This document shows positions 55,370 to 64,000 of a DNA stretch of 64,000 nt, piece after piece. Numbering within the stretch: the first letter of the stretch is position 1; each line of letters opens with the position of its first letter. Under the pieces are notes generated by a model, which was not told the origin of the DNA, did not search any database, and worked only from the letters and a program-made list of their open reading frames with translations. The DNA lies in NCBI GenBank assembly GCA_047601445.1, contig JASGJH010000001.1, positions 6,272,001 to 6,336,000 on the forward strand, read 5' to 3'. Origin of the DNA: Myxococcales bacterium (GTDB lineage Bacteria; Myxococcota_A; Polyangia; Polyangiales; DASUME01). A program made the translations under genes and the position numbers.

Positions 55370-56917
55370 ATGCAGTCAGCGCGCACGTTGATGGTCCAGG
55401 GCACGGCTTCGTCGGTGGGCAAGAGCCTGCTGGTGACGGCTCTTTGTCGATATTTCAAACGCCAGGGACTGTCGGTTGCACCCTTCAAATCGCTCAACAT
55501 GGCGCTCAACGCACACGTCACACGCGAGGGGCTCGAGATGGCACGCGCGCAGGCCGTGCAGGCCGAGGCGTGCGGCCTTGCGCCGAGCGTGGAGATGAAC
55601 CCGGTGCTGCTCAAGCCCGAGGGCGACCGCAAGAGTCAGGTGATCTTGCTGGGCAAGGCGCAGGGATCGCGCAGTGCGCGCGAGCTGTTCCAGACCGGGC
55701 TAGAGCAAGGCGCCGATCCCCGGGCGGGCGCTCGTGAGGTGGTGCTCTCCTCGCTGGCCACGCTGCGGGCGCGTCACGATCTGGTGATCATCGAAGGCGC
55801 GGGGAGCCCGGCTGAGATCAACCTGCGCGCGCGCGACATCGCTAACATGTTCGTGGCGCGCTCGGTGCAAGCCCCCGTGTTGTTGGCAGGTGACATCGAT
55901 CGCGGCGGCGTGTTCGCGGCTTTCGTGGGCACGTTGAGCTTGCTGGAGCCCGAGGACCGCCGGCTGGTGAAGGGCTTCTTGGTGAACAAGTTCCGAGGCG
56001 ACGTGAGCCTCTTGCAGCCTGGACTCGAGTGGCTCACCGAGCACACTCAGATCCCCGTGGCGGGCGTGCTGCCGCACCTCGGCCGGCTGCAGATCGCCGA
56101 GGAGGACTCGCTCAATGTGGACGCCCGTGCCAGCGCCCGGGCCGTGCAACAGCGCCTGAGTGTGTGCGTGCTGCGCCTGCCTCGCATCTCCAATCACGAC
56201 GAGTTCCAGCCCCTCGAGCACGAACCAGGTGTGAGCTTGTCGTTCGTCGAGGCCCCGGAGCAGGCGCTCGCCGCGGACCTTCTGATCGTGCCGGGCACCA
56301 AGAGCACCGTGGCCGATCTCGCCTGGCTGCGCGCGCAGGGGCTCGATCACATCATCCGGCTGCGCGCCCAGCGCGGCCGGCCCGTGCTCGGCATCTGTGG
56401 CGGTTGTCAGATGTTGGGGGAACGTATCGCCGACCCGCACGCCGTGGAGTCTGCGAGCGCGTTCGCGCAGGGCCTGGGCCTACTCCCCTTGTCCACGGAG
56501 TTCCGGCCCGAGAAGCGCACCCTGCAAGTGTGGGCTCGCAAGACCGAGCGATCGAACTGGCTCACCGAGCGCTTACCCGCGGACGTGGAGATCCCGGGCT
56601 ACTACATTCACGCCGGCATCACCGAGGGAGCCGCGCGCATCTGGAGCACGCGCGTGGAGACACGGGATCCACACGCGGGTCAGGACAACCGTCTGGACGG
56701 CTCGGTGAGCGAGAACGGCGCCGTGGTCGGTACCATGGTCCACGGGCTGCTCGAACACGACGGTTTACGTCACGCTTTGCTGGACACGCTGCGCATGCGG
56801 CGCGGCCTGGCCGCGGAGGCCGGTGTCTCCTGGAATCGCGAGGCCGAATACGACCGCCTGGCGGACGCCATCGCCGAGCACTGCGATACCAAGTTGCTCC
56901 GCGAATTGACCATGTAA
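55370..56917 (+). CDS. cobQ: Cobyric acid synthase
   Basis: MVQGTASSVGKS, PFKS.NM, MNPVLLKP, EGAGSPAEINL, DIDRGG, NKFRGD, GICGG.QMLG. Confidence 0.95.
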   Translation: MQSARTLMVQGTASSVGKSLLVTALCRYFKRQGLSVAPFKSLNMALNAHVTREGLEMARAQAVQAEACGLAPSVEMNPVLLKPEGDRKSQVILLGKAQGSRSARELFQTGLEQGADPRAGAREVVLSSLATLRARHDLVIIEGAGSPAEINLRARDIANMFVARSVQAPVLLAGDIDRGGVFAAFVGTLSLLEPEDRRLVKGFLVNKFRGDVSLLQPGLEWLTEHTQIPVAGVLPHLGRLQIAEEDSLNVDARASARAVQQRLSVCVLRLPRISNHDEFQPLEHEPGVSLSFVEAPEQALAADLLIVPGTKSTVADLAWLRAQGLDHIIRLRAQRGRPVLGICGGCQMLGERIADPHAVESASAFAQGLGLLPLSTEFRPEKRTLQVWARKTERSNWLTERLPADVEIPGYYIHAGITEGAARIWSTRVETRDPHAGQDNRLDGSVSENGAVVGTMVHGLLEHDGLRHALLDTLRMRRGLAAEAGVSWNREAEYDRLADAIAEHCDTKLLRELTM

Positions 56918-57037
56918 GCCGAATTTCTTCCCGCGCACGGCGGGACCCCTGGTCCGATCGGTCACCCGGTGCGATCCTTTTAGTCAATTGCGTGGCTCAC
57001 CTTCCAAGGGGCCAACGCAAGGCAGGAGCGCGGGACA

Positions 57038-58504
57038 GTGAGCGAAGGACACCAAAACGAACTGGATGTGGTCGTCGTGGGAGCCGGCCTGTCGGGCATC
57101 GGCGCGGGCTACCACCTGCAGACCCACTGCCCCGGTAAGCGCTACGCCATCTTCGAGGCGCGCGAGAGTTTGGGCGGGACCTGGGACCTGTTTCGCTATC
57201 CCGGCATCCGCTCCGACTCGGACATGTACACGCTCGGCTATTCGTTCCGTCCGTGGACCCACCCCAAGGCCATCGCGGATGGGAAGTCCATCCTCGACTA
57301 CCTGCGCGACACGGCTGCGACCTACGGCATCGATCGCAAGATCCAGTACGGTCAACGCGTGGAGCGCGCGAGCTGGTCGAGCCGCGAGCAGCGTTGGACC
57401 GTGCAGGTGCGAGACCTGGCTTCCGACAGCGTACGCGAGGTGCGCTGTGCGTTCCTATTGATGTGCGCCGGCTACTACGATTACGACCAGGGCTATTTGC
57501 CTGAGTTCCCGGGCAAAGAGCGTTTTCAGGGCCGCATCGTGCACCCGCAGCACTGGCCCCAGGACCTCGACTATAGCGGCAAGCGCGTCGTCGTGATCGG
57601 TAGCGGCGCCACCGCGGTGACCTTGGTGCCCGAGCTGGCCAAGCGCGCGGCCCACGTGACCATGCTGCAGCGCTCGCCCACTTATATCCTCTCGCGGCCT
57701 GACAGCGACCCCGTGGCGAACTGGCTGCGCGAGCGCATCTCGAGCGAGTCGGCCTACGCGTTGACGCGTTGGAAAAACGTGATCCTGACGATGGGCTTCT
57801 ATCAGTGGTGCAAGCGCTTTCCCGAGCAGTCCAAGCGCGTGCTGGTCGAGCTGGTGCGGCATCAGCTGCGCGGTAAGGTCGATGCGGACCCCCACTTCAC
57901 GCCCCACTACAACCCGTGGGATCAACGTCTGTGCCTGGTGCCCAACGGCGATCTCTTCAAGTCCCTGCGCAAGGGCCAGAGCTCGGTGGTCACCGACCAC
58001 ATCGAGACCTTCACGGAAACGGGCGTGCTCCTCAAGTCGGGTCGGGAGCTCGAGGCCGACGTGATCGTCACTGCCACCGGGTTGCGCGTGAAATTCCTCG
58101 GCGGCATGAAGGTCGACCTCGACGGCCAGCCCGTGGATCTGTCGAAGAGCATGACCTATCGCGGCATGATGTGTAGCGACGTGCCCAACCTGGCCTTCGC
58201 CATCGGTTACACGAATGCTTCCTGGACCCTCAAGTGCGATCTGACCTTCGAGTACTTCTGCCGCTTGCTCAATCACATGGAGAAGCGCGGCTACACTCAG
58301 TTCGTTCCGCGTAACACGGGCGATGTGGAAGAGGAATCCTTGATGAGCCTCAGCGCGGGCTATCTGCAACGCGCCCAGCACCTGCTGCCGCGACAGGGCA
58401 AGATTCACCCCTGGAAGCTCTACCAGAACTACGCGCTCGACCGGCTCACCCTGCGGCACAGCAAAATCGAAGACGGCGCGCTGCAGTTCCTCCGCGCCAG
58501 CTGA
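57038..58504 (+). CDS. Flavin-containing (Baeyer-Villiger) monooxygenase, EthA-like
   Basis: GAGLSG, GGTWDLFRYPGIRSDSD, F.G.IVHPQHWP, GSGATA, PWDQRLC. Confidence 0.93.
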   Translation: MSEGHQNELDVVVVGAGLSGIGAGYHLQTHCPGKRYAIFEARESLGGTWDLFRYPGIRSDSDMYTLGYSFRPWTHPKAIADGKSILDYLRDTAATYGIDRKIQYGQRVERASWSSREQRWTVQVRDLASDSVREVRCAFLLMCAGYYDYDQGYLPEFPGKERFQGRIVHPQHWPQDLDYSGKRVVVIGSGATAVTLVPELAKRAAHVTMLQRSPTYILSRPDSDPVANWLRERISSESAYALTRWKNVILTMGFYQWCKRFPEQSKRVLVELVRHQLRGKVDADPHFTPHYNPWDQRLCLVPNGDLFKSLRKGQSSVVTDHIETFTETGVLLKSGRELEADVIVTATGLRVKFLGGMKVDLDGQPVDLSKSMTYRGMMCSDVPNLAFAIGYTNASWTLKCDLTFEYFCRLLNHMEKRGYTQFVPRNTGDVEEESLMSLSAGYLQRAQHLLPRQGKIHPWKLYQNYALDRLTLRHSKIEDGALQFLRAS

Positions 58505-58567
58505 CCACCCCGACCAGTGAACTATTTACTATGGCGGATCGCTCGACCCATCGCCTAAAGATGGGAC

Positions 58568-59530
58568 ATGAAGCGGCACGTCCTGATCTTGATTCACGGC
58601 ATTACCACCGACGAGCAGCCCAAGGTTCGCGAGCAGTACACGAAGTTCCTGGTGGCTGTGTCCGAGGCGAAGCTGCCCCTCAGTGGCAGACCTTGCGAGG
58701 TGCAATGGGGAGTGCCGGTCACGGATCGCGCTGCGCGGCCGGATCAGTTCCTTTCGGGCGCTGAGGCGGCAGTCGCGCGGCGTCTGGCAGAGAAGCGGCC
58801 GGCCGGGGAGCAGGATCGCATGCCCGGCTCGTCGGGGCATGACTGGGGCGTTTGGCCCGTACGAGGCGGAGTCGAGAAACTGCGGCGCAGCGTGGTGCAG
58901 TTTGGACTGTCCGACGCCATCTACTACGCCTCGGCAGACGGCGAGCAGGCTGTGCGCAACACGGTATTCGAGCAGGTCTTTCGCGAGCTCGAACCACACC
59001 TCGGCGATGGCACCGTGGTGCTCCACATCGTAGCCCACAGCTTGGGCGTCAGTGTGGCCCACGACTTTCTCTACGCGTTGTTCGGTCGCAAGTTCGACCC
59101 GGATTATCCAAAGGAAAGCGAGCCCGAACTCAAGCCCCTGCACGACGAGAATCGACAGCGCCGTGATCGCTGGCGCGACCAGGCCGAGCAGGGGCAGCTC
59201 AAGCTGGGGACTTTCATCAGCTTCGCCTCGCAGCTGCCGCTATTCGTGATGCGCAAGCAGAAGCTGGTGGAGCGCATCGCCGCGGGAGAGCGGCTCGATC
59301 CACGCGTTATCGGCATCGAGATGGAGCGCCGCGATGTACAGTGGGCCATCCTATTCGACGGCGACGACCCGCTCGGCTTTCGCACGCGCGCGCTGTACAA
59401 GGAAACGCCCGCCATCTGCGACATCCAGGTGAGCAGCGGCCTGGGACCGGCCAGCGCTCACCTGGGTTACTGGAAGCAGGAGGACATCGTGAAGCGCTGC
59501 GTCGCCCTGTTGCGGGTCAACATGGACTAG
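58568..59530 (+). CDS. Alpha/beta-hydrolase-fold hypothetical protein
   Basis: LILIHGI, VAHSLG, DDPLG, AHLGYW. Confidence 0.75.
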   Translation: MKRHVLILIHGITTDEQPKVREQYTKFLVAVSEAKLPLSGRPCEVQWGVPVTDRAARPDQFLSGAEAAVARRLAEKRPAGEQDRMPGSSGHDWGVWPVRGGVEKLRRSVVQFGLSDAIYYASADGEQAVRNTVFEQVFRELEPHLGDGTVVLHIVAHSLGVSVAHDFLYALFGRKFDPDYPKESEPELKPLHDENRQRRDRWRDQAEQGQLKLGTFISFASQLPLFVMRKQKLVERIAAGERLDPRVIGIEMERRDVQWAILFDGDDPLGFRTRALYKETPAICDIQVSSGLGPASAHLGYWKQEDIVKRCVALLRVNMD

Positions 59531-59581
59531 GGAGGCGCTGGAGGGGAGTCGGCGCGCTGGCCCAGGCGAGTGCTCCGAGCT

Positions 59582-60673
<1,092 letters not shown>

Positions 60674-61029
60674 GTTTAGAAGCTCCAAGCAGTGAGGTTG
60701 GCGGACGCTCTCACGCACCGAAAAAGGGCGCAAGAGGGGGGTCCTTTCGCGGGGTTACGTCCGCTGCACCTACGGCCATGCACGTCGAAAAATCACCGTG
60801 GAGGTGAAATTTCGGAGCATTTCGAAGAGCTCTCCGGGGCGCGCGAAAAAAGCGGCGAAAGATGAGTCAATTGGGGGCCTTGGCGGAATGACTCGAGAGA
60901 CCAGAAAAGCGTCAGCGCAGGCTTCACGCGACACTTGGGGACAGTCCGTCGACTCCTTGGGTCAGCGCCCAGCAGGGGGCCCGAATCAGGCAGAAGAGCG
61001 TGATTTGCCTAGCAAACGCTCGTCGATTT

Positions 61030-61152
61030 GCGGGGAGGTCACGCGACCTCCCCGCCCGTCGCGGCGAAGCCGCGCCTGGACCCATCCGACCGCGAGGTTC
61101 GCTTCGATCACGAGTGGGTCCGCGAGTGCACGAAGGCAGTCACGCGACCTCC
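61030..61152. repeat. REP-like multi-hairpin element
   Basis: GCGGGGAGGTC-ACGC-GACCTCCCCGC, CGCGGC-GAA-GCCGCG, GGACCCA...TGGGTCC and a second GTCACGCGACCTCC. Confidence 0.7.
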
Positions 61153-61165
61153 TTGGGGGCTAGCG

Positions 61166-61726
61166 CTACTCGCGGGGCGGGAACTTTTGCAGCATGCGTT
61201 GCAGGCTGCGGCGGTGGAGCTTGAGCTTGCGCGCCGCTTCGGAGACGTTGCCTCCGCAGTCGGCCAGCACACGGCTGAGGTGCTCCCACTTCACGCGCTC
61301 GAGCGAGGGCGGGTCGAGGTCGTCCGGGAGGGCGCCGAGCGGTGGTGCCTCCGCGCGTTGGAAGGCCGCCAGGATGTCGTCGGCGTCGGCGGGCTTCTGC
61401 AGGTAGTACACGGCGCCGAGGCGCATGGCGTCGATGGTAGTCGCGATGCTCCCGTAGCCCGTGAGCACCACGATCTTGGTCTCCGGGTCACTCTCCTTGA
61501 GCGCTCGAATCAACTCGAGACCCGACGGGCCGGGCATGCGCAGATCCACCACCGCGAACTCTGGCGAAGCCTGCTGAGCCACGGCCAGGGCGTCGTCGTA
61601 GTTGCCTGCCGTGCGCACCAGGAAGCCACGCTTCTCCAGCGCACGCGCCAGACGTTCGCGCAGCGGAGCATCGTCATCAACCACCAGAATGAGCGGGGTG
61701 GTGCCGTCGTCGACGCCCATGATCAT
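61166..61726 (-). CDS. regA: RegA/PrrA/ActR-family response regulator
   Basis: VDDD, VVDLRM, VVLTGYGSIAT, KP, WEH..RVL..CGGNVSEAARKL.LHRRSLQR. Confidence 0.92.
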   Translation of the reverse strand: MIMGVDDGTTPLILVVDDDAPLRERLARALEKRGFLVRTAGNYDDALAVAQQASPEFAVVDLRMPGPSGLELIRALKESDPETKIVVLTGYGSIATTIDAMRLGAVYYLQKPADADDILAAFQRAEAPPLGALPDDLDPPSLERVKWEHLSRVLADCGGNVSEAARKLKLHRRSLQRMLQKFPPRE

Positions 61727-63055
61727 GGCTGTTGTAGCGACTTCCTCGCGCCTTCGCCCTGCGGCAAAAGGACGCGTGCCAGCGTGCCCTGGCCGACCGC
61801 CGAGCTGAATTCGAGACTACCACCGAGGCGCTCGCAGAGCGCGCGCGCCAGGAACACGCCGAGGCCCATGCCGTAGCCCGGCTCCTTGGTGGTGAAGAAA
61901 GGCTCTCCGACTTTGGCCAACAGGTCCGGCGTCATCCCGGTGCCGTGGTCCTCGATCTCGATCAGCACTGCTTGCCCTCGGCTCAGCGCGCGCACCTGCA
62001 CGGGCTCGCTCGAGGCCTGGAGCGCGTTGCGGATCAACCCGCGCAGGGCGCGGCCCAAGGCGCGTAGCGGGACCCGCAGCGGCGTCGCGCTGTCGACCTG
62101 CACGCGCAGGCGGGCGAACTCGCTCAAGTCGAGTGTGGCCTCCCGCACGAGCTCTTCGGGACTCACACTGCGGAAGGCCTCACCAGCGCTCTCTCCGGCG
62201 TCGGTGGCCATCTGATCCAAAATGCCGCGGCAGCGCTGGACCTCATCGCGGATCAGACGCGCGTCGGCGGCGCTCTCTTCGGCGGCCGGCAGTGCACCGA
62301 GGTCGCGCTCGAGCTCCTTGGCCGCGACGGCGATGGTGGACAGCGGCGTGCCGAGCTCGTGGGCGGCGCCTGCAGCGAGGGTCGCCAGCGACGCCAGGCG
62401 CTCGCTGCGTAGGGCCCGTGTGCGTGCCTGGGCCGCCTCGTTGCGCTGGATCTCTGAGATCGTGCGTGACGCGCGTGACGAAGTACGCGATGACCGCGGC
62501 GGCGATCGCGAACGCCACCCACATGCCTTGCAGGTGCAACGCCATGGCGCTCGACTGTGGGTGCCCCATGTGGTGATGCATGGCCATGCTGTGGTTGGTT
62601 CCCGGCAGCACGAACAGTGCGAAGAAGCAGCCCATCGCCATGCCCGCCAGGGACCAGGCATAGGTCGCCTTCAGCACCACCGCGGCCAGTGCGATGTGCA
62701 CCAGGAACAGCACGGTGAAGGGATTACTGGGACCGCCCGAGGCGTGCAACAGCGCCGTCAACACCACGAAGTCGAAGGCCATGATGGCCGCCAGCATCCA
62801 CTCGCGCACGTGGGGGCCACGCTTGAGCCAGAGCATGCAGGCGATGTTGGAGGCGAAGGCCAGACCCACCAGCGCGAACAGCCGCGCGGCGTCGAACTCC
62901 ATACCGATGTAGCGCACCGCGATTACGGTGGCGGCTTGGGCGAGCACGGCTACCCAGCGCAGGCGCACCAGCCAGGTGAAGTTCTGGGCCCAGAACTTCT
63001 GGCGTTCATCGACTTCGGGGGCACCGGGCAGGCCCTGCGTGGAGGCGAGTTCCAT
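61723..63055 (-). CDS. regB: RegB/PrrB-family sensor kinase, split by a +1 frameshift at about 62455
   Basis: LVRLRW.A...Q, SGGPSNPF, HLQGMW, LATLAAGAAHELGTPL, RC..IL, PFFTTK, GMGLG. Confidence 0.9.
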
Positions 63056-63139
63056 CGCGCTCAGTGTCGCATATCGGTGGGCCCCATCGCGAGGTTCGCT
63101 GCGCTCACGAAGTGCCTTGATTTCAGACCCCTCTAGGGC

Positions 63140-64000
63140 TCACTTGCCCCGCAGGCGCTTCAAAACCGCCATGAAATCCTCGGGCGGTTCCTGCGAGAAG
63201 CGCATCGCCCTGCCGGTCCGGGGGTGCACGAAGCCGAGCTCCTGGGCGTGCAGCATGGGCCGGGGCGCGTCGATGCGCTCTCCGCGAAAGTCCCGGATGT
63301 ACACGCGCTCTCCCAGCAGCGGATGCCCGGCCTCACTCAAGTGAATGCGGATCTGGTGCTGTCTCCCGGTCTCCAGCATGCACTCCACCAGACACGCCTG
63401 TTCGAAGCGCTCCAGCACGCGCACGTGGGTCACCGCGCGTTGTGCATCGGGTGGCGGTGCACCGCGGGCTGCGCGAAAGTGTCCATGGGAGCCGCGCAGG
63501 CCGTCCCCGCGATCGCGCAACAGCATGCTCTCGAAAGTGCGACCGATGGGCGCGCCGTGGACCAGCGCCACGTAGCGACGGTGGGTGGTGTGGGCGCGGA
63601 ACTGGCCGGCCAGGTGGCGCTTGGCGGAGAGGTTGCGTGTGAACACCAGGAGCCCGGTCGTGTCGATGTCGATGCGATGGACGATGCCGAGTTCCGGGTC
63701 GAATCCGCTGCCCTTGCCGCCGCGCTGGCTGCGGCGCCGCAAGGCAGCCCGCGTGATGTCGATCAGCGTGTCGCGATCGCCGTGTTCGAACGGGACGCTC
63801 ATGATGCCGGCCGGCTTGTTGACCACCACCACGTCCGCATCGACATGGATGAAAGCGTCGTCCGAGAGCACGCCCTTGCGCAAGCGGGGAGCGTTCGGAT
63901 CCACCGCCACTACACAGCCTGGCGAGACACGAAGCTCGGCGTCGACCACCGTGGCGCCGTCCACTTGAACGCGGCCGGAGCGCACCAGCTCGCGGGCCTT
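63140..64000 (-). CDS. RluA/RluD-family pseudouridine synthase with S4 domain (5' end beyond window)
   Basis: VVNKPAG, HRIDIDTTG, LETGRQHQIRIH, LHAQELGFVHP. Confidence 0.93.
   Translation of the reverse strand, partial: KARELVRSGRVQVDGATVVDAELRVSPGCVVAVDPNAPRLRKGVLSDDAFIHVDADVVVVNKPAGIMSVPFEHGDRDTLIDITRAALRRRSQRGGKGSGFDPELGIVHRIDIDTTGLLVFTRNLSAKRHLAGQFRAHTTHRRYVALVHGAPIGRTFESMLLRDRGDGLRGSHGHFRAARGAPPPDAQRAVTHVRVLERFEQACLVECMLETGRQHQIRIHLSEAGHPLLGERVYIRDFRGERIDAPRPMLHAQELGFVHPRTGRAMRFSQEPPEDFMAVLKRLRGK

Noticed and set aside
55157..55737. ORFs with MADGRWQ or PSAICH repeats (also 38718-39600)
   Set aside because: These are translations of non-coding 7-bp repeats, open in several frames
55370..56917. 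Cobalamin riboswitch or cob operon around cobQ
   Set aside because: Upstream DNA is heptamer repeat and IS remnant; no B12-box recognised and no other cob genes adjacent

Overview
GC-rich window that is very probably myxobacterial (Myxococcota, Polyangia-like). This is inferred from the Hanks-type kinase, the FHA, PP2C and TPR-PEGA genes, the Cys-rich lipoproteins and the (GD)n linkers. Positions 1.5-16.4 kb hold a polymorphic toxin locus. It contains a 3.26-kaa Rhs protein with a predicted lipoprotein signal and a chimeric N-terminus (PQQ-like propeller, Cys-rich segments, phage-spike-like module), followed by SpvB/FG-GAP/YD and an Ntox30-type RNase tip with its immunity gene. Next come a triple-nested IS66 and an orphan toxin-immunity module that shares a 271-bp post-cleavage segment with the main toxin. 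The rest of the window has Cys-rich lipoprotein paralogues with TPR-PEGA, FHA, kinase and a lone secretin, tRNA-Ala(CGC), OmpA, a PtsP-like pseudo-enzyme, a 7TM-DISM histidine kinase with a CxxC..CxxC insert, PP2C, a nirB/nirD/nitrate-transporter divergon with sigma54 promoters, metabolic genes, an IS256 remnant, cobQ, an EthA-like monooxygenase, a lipid-anchored PETase/cutinase-like hydrolase, RegB/RegA and an RluA-family synthase. Inverted GCCATCN heptamer arrays mark several intergenic junctions. Several +1 frameshifts sit at GATC motifs and are probably methylation-linked sequencing errors. All family calls come from motif recognition by eye; no database searches were run.
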